A stretch of 43,882 nt of DNA from Octopus bimaculoides. Taxonomy: Eukaryota. Below the pieces are notes generated by a model that was not told the DNA's origin, did no database searches, and saw nothing but the letters and a program-made list of their open reading frames with translations. This document shows, in pieces, positions 25,911 to 37,800 of the stretch. The translations under genes were made by a program, and so were the position numbers. The first letter of the stretch is position 1, and the number at the start of each line of letters is the position of its first letter. Location: NCBI RefSeq assembly GCF_001194135.2, contig NC_068989.1, forward strand, positions 19,880,090 through 19,923,971, given 5' to 3'.

Positions 25911-26715
25911 ATTATTTCAAATTTTCACCAGGTTATTTTCAAAAAATGTAGCTCTGATACAGTTTTGCATACTGATGTCGAAAATTACATTCATTTTCCC
26001 AAGAAATTAATAATAAAACAGTTACAAGTATTTAATCCAATCAAAGCCTTCCTTCCGAATATACTGAAAGCCATGACTCTCCCTGCGAACAGTACACACA
26101 AAACCTTTACATAGTCTCTCGACCCACTAGAAATAGCAGCCAAATCTTCCTTAAACTACACCATAATGTTTAAAAAATAACAAAATGAGATGACACATTA
26201 TACTACATCTAAATTAAAGTCAATCTCCACGGATGTAACCTTTTATCGAACTTACAATCCTTAAAACACTTACTGGGCCCCACAGATCAATATTATATGC
26301 ACTTTAATTTTTCTTATGATAAAATTGTAAACAAAGTTTAAAAGAAAAAAGTGGTGAAAGAATTGGTTACTAACATAGTTATTGTATGAAGTGTAGTCTT
26401 GGTGACAATGAATGAGGATATTTTTTCTCCACTACAAAACCTTGTAAAATAATTTTACCATATGAGAAAGTACATTTAATACGGATTGGAGGTCCAGTGT
26501 TTTAAGAATTGCGAGTCCCATAAAATGTGACATTCGAGAGAACTGACTTAAGGGTTATTAACACTCAACAAGTGGAAATCGCTTAGGCCTGCTATTCCTG
26601 GTAGGTCGAGAGACCAAGCAAAGGTTTTGTGTATGCTGTTTCCATAGGGACAATCGAGGGTTGGATTGGCCAAAATCATATACCTGCAACTGCTTGTAAC
26701 TTTGTACATTAACAA

Positions 26716-27669
26716 TTTTTTCCCAACCAAGCTCTTCGATCTTCTGTGATGTGATCTTTGCAGTGTGGGGTTGCGCAATGTCCTCATGAAACATCACTCC
26801 TTTTCGATTCACTAAAGCGGGTCTTTTTTCTTCAAAGCTTGCTTCAAACGCTCTAATTGCTGACAGTAGACTTGAGCATTGATTGTTGCATTAGGTGGTA
26901 ACAATTCAAAGTGAATTATTCCTTTGCAATCCCACCAGATAGAGAGAAGAACCTTTTTCCCATGAAGTTCCCTTCTCGGTTGTGGTTGAGTTTTTCCCCT
27001 TTTACCAAGTCACTGTTTACAACGCTTAACATTTCGATAGAAGATCCATTTTTCGTCACCAGTCACAAGTCTATCCAAAAAGGGTGAAATGAGTTCATGA
27101 GAATAGAGAGAAGAGCTAGGGATTTGCGGTTGCTTTTGGAAAATTCATGAGGAACCTTTCCAAGTTGTTGAAGACGACGATGAACATTTGTATGGTTTGA
27201 ACTAAGCTTTATTGCCAATTCTTCAACTGATAATGCAGGACTTTCTTCAAGTAATGCCTCAAGGAGCTTATCATCAAACTCAACTGGACGTCCGGTTCGA
27301 TCTTCATCTTCAAGGCTGAAATCTCCACTTCTGAATTTAGCAAACCACCTTCTGCAAGTTCTTTCATTCAAGCATTCTTTCCCATAAACTGAGTGTATGC
27401 TTCGAGTCGCTTCGGCTGCAGAGTTTCCTTTTTTGTACTCATAAAGCATTATGTGCCTTAAATGCTCTTTGGATACTTCCATATTAGAAAGGGTTTAATC
27501 AAAGAAATTTTAATTCTATTATTCTATAAAATAATATTTAATTCGTTTAAATGTACACACAAATGTGTAAAAATAATTATTAAATCCATTAGACATTCTA
27601 AAATACTATTAAATTTCATTCAATTTTAAAAAAGGTAAAATCGGACAGAAATTATGGGATGACCTGATA
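26716..27669 (-). mobile_element. Decayed, 3'-truncated mariner (Mos1-like DD34D) transposon
   Basis: ORF 27482-27063 encodes the HTH region (MEVSKEHLRHIMLYEYKKG...RWFAKFRSGDFSLEDEDRTGRP). Downstream frames give LVTGDEKW, a stop codon, WWDCKGIIHFELL and FHEDIAQPHTA...ELGWEK, with no YSPDL or third Asp. One terminal repeat with TA (TATCAGGTCATCCCATAA) ends at 27669. Confidence 0.92.
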
Positions 27670-27898
27670 TTTGAAACATCACATTACATAATCTACAACT
27701 ATCAAAAACATATTCCTAGCAAAATTTCCTTGAAGTGTATGCATTTTTCAGAAAGCTATGGGGAAACAAATTCGGGTAGGAGGGGGGGGGGGTACCAATC
27801 TACAGCTATGCCTCCTCCACATCTCATTCATATGTGTGTGTGCGTGTGTGTCAGAAAATGAGATGAAGGAATAAACGATTATCTTATGAATTTCATTA

Positions 27899-28022
27899 GC
27901 TTACAGCTGTTTCTGCTATAAGATGTAGTGAACTCATAGTTGAATGCCTGAGTAGCACCTTGAAGCTATAAGTTGTTACTCAATAATGAGTCTACTGCAT
28001 CTTATAGCAGGAACAACTAAGC
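27899..28022. repeat. 124-bp hairpin flanked by TA (MITE or RNA hairpin)
   Basis: GCTTACAGCTGTTTCTGCTATAAGATGTAGTGAACTCAT pairs with ATGAGTCTACTGCATCTTATAGCAGGAACAACTAAGC. Confidence 0.8.
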
Positions 28023-28472
28023 TAGTGGTCCCTGTTTCTAGTGCTATCTTTCTATTTGAGAAACCTTAAATTACATTTTAATCAATCCCAGACTGGATAT
28101 CCATAACTGTTTCAGAAGCTTATCTTTTATTTAATATGTAGATAATCGTTTACTCCTTTGCCATCTCATTTTCCCATTACCACTCTGTACTCGATTAACG
28201 CTTCGTTCTGAAGCATATCGAGTCCTACACATGGTTATAAGTCCCGTAATGCCTAAGCGAAATTATGTATATTAAAGTCTGTCATACCGGCCATGATGAA
28301 ATACCACAAGGTATAGAAAATACGTATTCGCCTTTATATATTTAATCCTTTATATTGAACACTCAATATTTCATCTATTCAATAAGACATTCAATACTTT
28401 ATTTCATTGTACCATCCATTTTTATTTTATATTATATATTGTATATTCCATATTCTATATCCNNNNNNNNNN

Positions 28473-28514
<42 letters not shown>

Positions 28515-28843
28515 TGTATGATCGTGTTTCCATCCACTTTTTCCATGCTGATATAGGTTGGACGAGATTCGTGAGACAGTATTCTACGGTTGAGTTGCCC
28601 TTCCTGACGTCAATGCACAACGAACGTGGTTTTCAAATAATGTACAACGAACCGTTGGTAATGCATATATTTCTCAACAAAGATAACACCCGAGAAAGAA
28701 GTTTGGTGCTGCCGGTACAGTTAAAAGGAAACTCCTAGCGATCTATTAAGTTACAGAAGGATCCAATGGGAAATTTTGAGCTATAAACGGAGTTTTAGGT
28801 TTAGCAAATAATACATATGGGTGACGAATCTAACATTCAAAAC

Positions 28844-28874
<31 letters not shown>

Positions 28875-29600
28875 AAGAGAGAGGGAGGGAGTGAAGGGTC
28901 AAATTTTTTGTCATAAAACAATAAAACCAAAACAATTCACTAAGCGAATTAGTTCGGAGAAAATGCAAAGGAAAAAAAAAAGATTCTTGTATAAAAAATG
29001 AAGAGATACACAAGAATTTACAAGGTGACCCTAAAACTTAATTTAAAATTCTAAAATATGACTGGAATTAAATATTGAGCGTGTCTTACACCAGACTCTG
29101 AATAATGTCAATGTGTGTGTGTGTGTGTTTACAACACTACGTAGCCTTGAGATTGAATGATAAAACGGAAGCAAGGAAGGGAACTGAAGCTGAGAGAGAG
29201 AGAGAGAGAGAGAGAGATGCTGTTAAGTTTCACACATGTTTGGCCCAACCCAAAGAGTGATTTCAAATAACTGAACAAGGAAAAGAACCAACGAAAATGC
29301 AGCAAATAGCTGAAGTGTATTTCCAGCTGACAAGCGAGAACAATCAGAACTGTTTAATCAATTTCGGTACCATTACTGCACAATTCTTAAATGAAACATC
29401 TTATAATCTATATTGCTTATTCACTATAGTGACAGAATTAAAGCGTATTTGTACGATTAGTGTTTAGCCTCAAGTTAGGTCTGATAGAGCAATAGACCTA
29501 TGATAAAAAAAATTCCAGCCATAACCATCCAGTCTTATTTTCAGGCACAGATAAGGCATTTAGGACCACTTCACCTTCTGCAATATGCCTTTCCTTCCTT

Positions 29601-29634
<34 letters not shown>

Positions 29635-31790
29635 CAAGTTGTTATTTCGAAGGACATACGATTGCTATTTCTAGCAAGTCGAGTGACTTATTTGTAGGAT
29701 TGGTATATGTGTACACACACACACACACGAATGTGTACAAGGCGAGAAATGGTGAAGGGAACAAGAAGAAAAACAGCAAGGGGACCTACTATATTTTGTG
29801 GAAAGAGTGACGAATATATTCAGCCTTGTCACATGAAATTGTATCTTGCCAGAGACCACCCTCAGCTAAACTTGATGTAAGACACGCTCTATAAAATACT
29901 TACACAATTATGCGTACACTCGCCCAACTTGCCCTCTGACAATTGCCGAAATCTATCTATCTGTCTAGTGTAGTGTTACTAAGTCAATATTATATTTCGA
30001 ATCCCGCTGATGTAGACTTTGCCTTTCATCCTTTTGAGGTCGATAAAATTAGTCGTAATCATGTACTGTAGTCAATATGATCGACTACATACGACCCTCC
30101 CTCCACGTTAACAATAAATAAATGAAATAAAACTGAGGGTTTGTGCTTATGTTAGAAATTTAGACTAATTATGTTTGTTAAACATTATAAAAACGTACAC
30201 ATTTTTTTCTTAGATAGAAGAGCCCGTGACAACCTGGTGAGAAGAAAATATCCTCTAATCGGAGACATGACCCGAATACCTGCAACAGAAGGAACTCTGC
30301 TAAAAATACTCAAGGTGGTAACTGGGGGTAAACTGTGACGGATTAAGTTTACCACTCGAGCAGGCGATGGCCGGATTTGAACTCAGAACGCAAGGATCCA
30401 CAACAAAAACCTCAAGACAATCCGATCCGACGTTTTTAAAGTCCAGCCAATCCACCGTTCTTGATTCGTAAAATCTTTTTTAACGACGCCGAAAAGATGA
30501 AAGACGAAGCTGACCTCAATGGGATTTGAACTCAGAACGCAGAGAGTCGGAACAAAATACAGCGAGGCCTTCTATCCGACTCTGCCAATTCTGACTAGGC
30601 ATAGATGACAGCTTTCTAATGAGTGGGTGTATAATCAATAGATTCGATCTCGTATAACTGGTTTTTCTCTACAGTCTTGAAAGTAATAGAAAGCATAGTG
30701 GACCCTAAGTAAGATTTGAACTCAAAAGTGTATCAATGGAAAAAAAACAAAACAAAATAACACAGGCAATGAAAGATACGATCAGAGAGACCAGTCGAGT
30801 ACAGGACATAGCCTTCCATCTCTGATGACACATTCCAAAGAACTTCACTGAAACACATCTACGCAGAATCATTGAGAGTCCTGTACATAGTTTCACCGTT
30901 AACAAACATGTATAAAATTAAATACTTAACATGACATGTATTTTTAATAGAACTTTCTCTCCATCTCTCCTTTCAGTCTTTACAATTTCACATAAACATT
31001 GACAAAATATTTTACATAGATCTCGTCTCTTGTCAGTAAAAAAATTCCCGATATGATACCAGTAGTAAACAATTTAGCTTATTATAATGATGCGTCAGAG
31101 TTGATCAAAAGCATTCTTGTAGTGACCATCCCATCTTTCTTCAAACATGGTATTTCTAAGACTGCATTAAGTATTTTTAATAAGGTCTGGTGTGATTTGA
31201 AAAATATTTGACTACTCTTCGTAGCGGGTCGGAAGAACCCCCTCATTTTGGCTTGTTAAATGCGTTTATATAGTTTATTTAAAGGTTGGATTCGTTGTCT
31301 AGTTATAACATACCAGAGTTCTGATATAAAACACATATAGTGTTTATTGTGATGTAGTTAGTTATAAAAGTATGATGACTGAGGGAAAAAAAACCTATCA
31401 GGAAAACATAGTACAACAATTTCATTGATGTCAATCAAGAAACTCCCGAAAACCAGCTCAAAATTTTATAATAGTTGGTGGTTCACGAACATACCATTAC
31501 ATTTTATCTAGTGGTGAGATATGAAGCATCGAAAAAAATTGAATTTGTCAGTAAACAAATCAAATTTTAAATGATATTTCACAATAGTGACTATGTTGTA
31601 TAGATATATGCGATCAAAGCATTAAAATGAAGTTTGAATAGTTTAATAAACGTAAAACAAGCTCCCTTGCGCACACAGAGATTGTGTGTAATGTGTGTGT
31701 TAGTCCATTAATGCAAGTATACGTGTGACTTATCTGTGTAGGGATGACATGGGACAGAGACGAGAAAACATTGAAACATAGAATACTTAC

Positions 31791-31916
31791 TTCTTCTCTA
31801 CGCTTCTGCCACCTCCCACAAGGACTTTCTTCGAGAACTTCACTTAAATCATCTGATTCATCACCACTGTCCGTTTTTAAATCCGGTCGATTTTCTGCTT
31901 CAGTCTCAGCCATCAT
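31791..31916 (-). CDS. NRBP1: Nuclear receptor-binding protein (NRBP/Madm pseudokinase), coding exon 1
   Basis: Translates to MMAETEAENRPDLKTDSGDESDDLSEVLEESPCGRWQKRREE (42 codons), then a GTAAGT donor. The ILEESPCGRWQKRREE-type motif is diagnostic of NRBP. Confidence 0.96.
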
Positions 31917-32567
31917 CAACAAAACACGGACTCCACCACTATCACTACCAAAAACAGAGAATTGGTAGTTGATTGCCGGCACAACTCTCAATAAATTCGA
32001 TTTCCAGTCAATGAAAAAAACCAATTGTAAATTCAATAAACAGAAGTTGATATATATATCAAGAAGTCAAATCAAAAGTTGTTTGAAAGAAGAACAAGGT
32101 TGTCTTAAGTCCACCAAGCCATCCGAGAGAAAAAAAGGAAAACGTCGTTATTCTCACTTTTTAACGTCTCGGGCACTGCGTCACCTAAAGGGAGACAATC
32201 GCGTCTGGTCGAATGATACAACGGCCAATTCTGTCTGTGATTGGTAGAAAATTATGGCTCGTCTAACAGAGCAAAAAATTGTCAATTATCAATTAAAAAT
32301 TATTTTGAAAATAATTTTAAGAAATAATACACGAACATATTAAATTTCTTAGCAGTTCTTCTTTGATATATATTTTTAATTTTTCAATTTTTTTTTTTTG
32401 AAAGCTAAAAAAAATCAAAATTGTGCAAATTCATCTTCAGCTCGTAGAAAGGTCACGTGATAATTAACTCTAAACCGCGAAATAGAATGCACGTGTGGAG
32501 ACTATCGTGGCCCCGTTCTGTAATTATTCATTTCAATTAACACATCAACACGAAACTCAGCGCCAGC
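31917..32567. promoter_or_regulatory. Shared bidirectional promoter and 5' UTRs of NRBP and PPM1G
   Basis: 651 bp between divergent ATGs. Contains opposed CCAAT boxes (32225-32229 and ATTGG 32240-32244), GTCACGTGA E-box (32452-32460), E2F-like CCGCGAAA (32475-32482) and CACGTG (32490-32495). Motif function is inferred. Confidence 0.75.
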
Positions 32568-32678
32568 ATGGGTGTTTATCTATCGTCACCTATCACTGAG
32601 AAGCATTCAAGTGACGGTCAAGGCAAGAATTTCACGTATGGAGCATCATCAATGCAAGGCTGGAGATTAACTCAAGAG
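32568..32678 (+). CDS. PPM1G: Protein phosphatase 1G (PP2C-gamma), coding exon 1
   Basis: MGVYLSSPITEKHSSDGQGKNFTYGASSMQGWRLTQE, then a GTAGAC donor. Has the MGxYLSxP N-terminus and the MQGWR PP2C motif 1. Confidence 0.93.
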
Positions 32679-34508
32679 GTAGACTTCTTCATTCCACCTC
32701 CTCCTCCTCCTCCCTTAACCTGTTTACAAGAGATTTTTTTCCTCTTCTATTTTAATTATTATCACTAACTTTTATATTTATTTTACCTTGAACTTCTAAA
32801 TATTTTCTTCTTATTTCACATTATTATCATTTTTTTCGAAATATTTTTTTAAAAAGTTATTTTTAACGATTCAACTTGAAAATGTAGCCTTTCCTTTACA
32901 AATAAATTCTGGCGCCTTGGTGCCTTTATTACTATATAAAGGGGCAATAAGACAGATATAGGAAAATCTGTTCAAGTTTCGACTGGATATTGTGAACATT
33001 GATTGCCCTTACACGTAAATGATTACACTTTCATAATTAAATATTAAACATTTGCGTACTTGATTTGTTGGTTCTAATAAATATCAACCTATATATGTAT
33101 ATATATATAATATTAGGGATAACATCCAAAATTACAGGTAAAAACTCAATTAAAATCAATTTATTAAAAATTAAAATTAAATTAAGCTTTACAGTATAAA
33201 ATATATTATATATAATATATATAATGTATATGTACATGCAAACACACCGATTATCTAATTCTAGTTGGACTTCTAGGTTCAGTCCGATATTTTAAACGTA
33301 ATTTCCGTCTCTGGTGACAAATAAATAAATGAATAAAAATCGATGATTATTTTCCTGTTAAGAGAGTTAGCAAGAGTCTGTTTTTCATTATAAATACTTG
33401 TATTTCATATTTTTTTCATTTTATCATTTGAAAGTCAAGCAAAAAAAAAAAAAAAGGCAATCATTAAAATTTTTGCTTTCTAACTTTTACATATCATCTT
33501 ATCTTCTATATATTTTAGGCTATCCTGTAGTTTAGCGTCTGAAACAAAAAATAATTTCAAGATGGAAAATACTAACTCGTCTACCAACAAGGAACTCTCG
33601 GCACGGTCAAACGATATGTTAGAAATAGAGAGAATAGTAGTCTGTTGCTTAGCCCTTGGTCAGCCACTTTCATCCAGTAAACCTCTATGATCAGTAGTAT
33701 TTCAGTAATATTGTTGTTATTTCTTGCAGACCGGGTGACTTACATATAGTATTCCTCCTTAGCTCGGGATGATTCTGTCGTTGTTATTGTTTAGCCTCGT
33801 GTCAGCTCTGATCCAGCAGACTTATAATCTAAGACGCTCTAACCATGACTATCTTGTCTTTATTTTTCAGGTCATATTGAAAATATTTAAAAAAAAAATA
33901 TTTCTATGGGTTACTTTAGCAACAGAATGTATGCATTAACGAGGAACATAGCTGCTATTTCTAGCATATTGGGCTACAACAATAAGTGCACCTGAATGAA
34001 GCTGTCTCTAGTTATTAACAGTAGTTAATATTTATATTTCATTTGTACTTATTTTCTTTTTGTTCTTTTGTATACATCGTATTCATTTTAATATCTAACT
34101 AGTGAACTTTGACAAGAGACAATGTATTTGTAAAGGAAATATTTAGATTATCTCCAGCTAAACCCTCCTTCATCGTGTGTATTGGTTTACTGTTATTTTC
34201 TTTCTAGCCCCGTATCTTAATTTATCTAGCCGATATTCCTATGTCGTCATAGGTTCCCGTCCCTCCCTAGTAACTTTAATAGTGCAACCATTCAAACTCA
34301 GTGCTCTGAACTGGTACCGAAAAAGCGCGCCATTTGTACACACAAGTTTGGTCTCAGCTCTCTCTTTCCAGCTTCCCGTTGGTCAAAGGCAAAATATCTG
34401 GAAATGTCTCAACATCTAGACATCAATTTATCCTCTTTCTGACTAATTAATTTCTGCGCTTTAGCTCAATATTTTGAGCTGTTATATTTAAAACTTCATA
34501 CTAAAAAG

Positions 34509-34552
<44 letters not shown>

Positions 34553-34680
34553 NNNNNNNNNNNNNNNNNNNNNNNNNNNNNNNNNNNNNNNNNNNNNNNN
34601 NNNNNNNNNNNNNNNNNNNNNNNNNNNNNNNNNNNNNNNNNNNNNNNNNNNNNNNNNNNNNNNNNNNNCTAAAACCACAA

Positions 34681-34806
34681 TTGTGGTTTTAGAGTCAGGA
34701 TTTGACTGCTATTTTTTCAGCGTGGTGGTATCTCTTGATACCCTTGTGGTTTTAGAGTCAGGATTTGACTGCTATTTTTTCAGCGTGGTGGTATCTCTTG
34801 ATACCC
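34681..34806. repeat. Perfect 63-bp tandem duplication next to a gap
   Basis: 34681-34743 is identical to 34744-34806. Confidence 0.9.
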
Positions 34807-34811
34807 TGTAT

Positions 34812-34843
<32 letters not shown>

Positions 34844-37800
34844 CATACATACACACCTGTAAAAATTGTTCTTGCATTTAATATGTAACCTCTAATTTTT
34901 GTATCGATCACGGTGGATCGGTCGTGAATTTCTTCCTTAATGTGTTCATTTTAATTTATCAGTAAATTAAAAAATTCAGTTTAAATTTTGTGCATTATCC
35001 TAATCATGCCTTGTTATTTATTCGTTTTGTTTAATTGGAAATAAAAATGCTAAGATTTATGGAGCCCCTTGAGTTACATCGATATATACGAGTGCCAGAA
35101 GTTCGTGTAGCACGTATAGATATTCCTAGATTGAAGGTTATTCCTATTTAGGTAACATCTGAAATTCATTTCAGTTGGACATGTCAGATTTCTAAGAATC
35201 GATTGTTCCGTCCCAAATGTAGGTTTTCCCTCCTTTTCGAATTTCATTGATTTCATCGGGCATTTGCCAAACAGTGGCTATGCATGGATCCTGGGAACTA
35301 GCTCGAAGTAGTTGGTGAAAAATTGATTATAGCCATCTCGTTCTTCTCTGTTAGAAATCACATTATTATTATTACTATTATTATATTTATTATTGTATAT
35401 CAAATTGCCCCTCTAATAGTGTGTGATGTAATTCACATAGTAATCTGTCTGATTCGTAATTACCCATTCCAGTAATGCCTTATCGATTGTTTATAATGAA
35501 ACTTCAGTTGGTTGCGGTCGATTATTTACGAATAAGCAATATATGTTTACATATAACGTAAATTGTCGTTTCCTAACCAGGTCTTGATTTTTATTTACAT
35601 TTAGTGTATGATTTCATAATACGATTTAAACTGCGTATCCTTCTCAATCATTAATGAAGCTTTTATTTACCATTACGCGTTTAATATAATGAACTTTTTA
35701 AAATCTCTAATGGCATCATTGCTATGAAAGTGATATAAAAATTTGAAGAAAAATCCCAGCTCTGTAAGCGATTTCCCAGATGAACATTCATTTTAAAGGC
35801 ACAACTGCTGTGCGTGTGATAAGCTTGCTGTTTATCTTGGTTTTGTAATGTTGATCAAGATATGTACTAAGAAACTAGTCTCATTTGTTCACTTACCCAA
35901 CTTTTGACATAGCTCTATGACTTAAACAGCCATTTTTTCTGTGCCGTCATGGTTTTGACTTCAGTCAGTCGACCACATGAGTTGAATATGGTACTAGAAA
36001 CGAATGTTAATTTCAGTTTGCCACCAATATTTACTGCACATATGGTTAAATTTGAAACTGACCTTTTTGTTAAGTCAACTTCAAGGGACAATAGTCGTAA
36101 TCTCTCTAATGGATTGCTTTAGTTTCTGGCTGAACAAGAATAATGTGCTCTTCATAGTTAAGTGGTTAGTGCTTTCAACTAGAAAAAAACCCCTGCACAA
36201 ATACAAGGCTCATCCCACTACGAAGAATAGTCAAAATTGTAATTCTAGGTCGTGCTTAATTCAAAGCAAACTTGTGTTTTCTTATTTTTCTATTCGTGTT
36301 GACATAGTTTGTATATAAATCTTACTATTCATTTTGTAATTCCTTCCTAATATGCTCGTAAACACAAATATTATACACTTCCTTTTCTGGCATACTAGCT
36401 AAACAGGCATGAGATATTGGATTGTTGTTTTACAGAGCTGCCAGTTAGGTGACACATGAGTTACAGTTAAATGGGATCTGCAAGTACATTCAGATTAGAT
36501 AAATCTGATCTGAGTCCATATTACCATCATGTTATAATTGCAAAGGAAGTAGGTTTTTAAACTAAAATTCGGTGTGGTAATTTTACTTCCAAGTTATATT
36601 TATGGAAGTTGACAACTCAACATAGATGTTGGGTGAATAGAAATATTTTTAGTTTATAGCTAGTGATAGATCTCCAAGTTATAGTTATTGTAAGCATGTT
36701 AGAATTAACGAAGAATTTAATATACTGATAGGCATTCCCCTGTATTCTGTTCTCAGCCCCTTTTTATTCATTATAGTTCTCAAGGTAATAATGATTAGAA
36801 GAACTTTTACAGAATTTTTTGGAGGAGTGGTTTTGAGTCCAAACACCTCAAGCTCAGCAGAGTAAAGACTGGCATACTAATTAATAGCAAAAGAAAACTT
36901 CCTGTTCCTTCGTGGAAGTGACTTCAATAAGTTGGGCGAAAGAGAGTAGGTAGCAACTTCATAAGATGTTATCAAAGATACGTGAAAGAGGCAATGTTAT
37001 ATCCAGCAGGTTGATACAACCAACTAGTACTTCAGATATTATAGGAACTGCTCAGGTTGTTTGCTGTTAATTAAATAATTTTTGCTGAGAGTGGATTATA
37101 GTAAAAATATAGTAGAAGTATGGTAGGGATGGAAAAAAGGTTTGAGGATTGTTGACAACTTATAGTTCTTTTATTGTAAAGACAATGTATAAAATATTGT
37201 TATTGTTTTACATCTGCTTTCCACACCAGCATGTGTTGGGCAGCACAATATTATTCAAGTCAGTTCTTATTTGGAGTTACTGCCTTTCAGGTGGGTTAGA
37301 GGAGCACGTGTTGCTTGTATGTTTTATTTTGGGCTTGGTTTCTACAGTTTGATGCCCTTTTTAATGCCACCTTTTCATGGTGTTCTAAGCTCATTTATCG
37401 TGATAGCAAGTGTGAGTTTGCTTTCTGTTCCATAAACGAAAGAATCCTTGTTACTTTAAGCTATGTCTGTTCACTCATAGTAACATAAGGTGAAAAGCAG
37501 ATAGTTGTGACAGGGGAAACAAAAGAAATGAGGGGAGATTGATCTATTGGGCAGTTTTGTAACTACATATGAAGTTAAAAGTGTGACTAGACAAAGAAAG
37601 TGTCATTTGATGCCTGTAGGAGGATTAATTATAGTGGTCTGGGTTTGTGAATTATTGTAATGAAAAGTGATGTGTCTTAATGGTGAATAGTATTTGTACA
37701 TGAGAAAATGGTGATCATTACAGAACTTGGGATGTTGGGCTTCACAGATGAAATTATGCAGTATAAGTGTCAAAACCTGTCTAGTATATGCCAATATAGA

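Noticed and set aside
28355-28738. 127-aa ORF
   Set aside because: It spans (TA)n, Ns and a decayed SINE, and has no recognisable domain.
30760-30900. Possible box C/D snoRNA (CTGATGA...CTGA)
   Set aside because: The C box is imperfect, and there is no terminal stem or convincing final D box.
31917-32036. N-terminal extension of NRBP suggested by ORF 31614..32036
   Set aside because: It starts at a TTG and has no NRBP similarity. Homology begins after the ATGs at 31916/31913, and the ORF's C-terminal part is intron read-through.
34669-34806. Perfect 24-bp palindrome (34669-34692) and 63-bp tandem duplication
   Set aside because: They abut an assembly gap and are perfectly identical, so a contig-end or fold-back read artefact is more likely than biology. 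Long reads would settle it.
35060-35350. CpG-containing block with short ORFs (possible foreign DNA)
   Set aside because: No recognisable protein motif in any frame, and the CpG retention is explained by the promoter-proximal domain.
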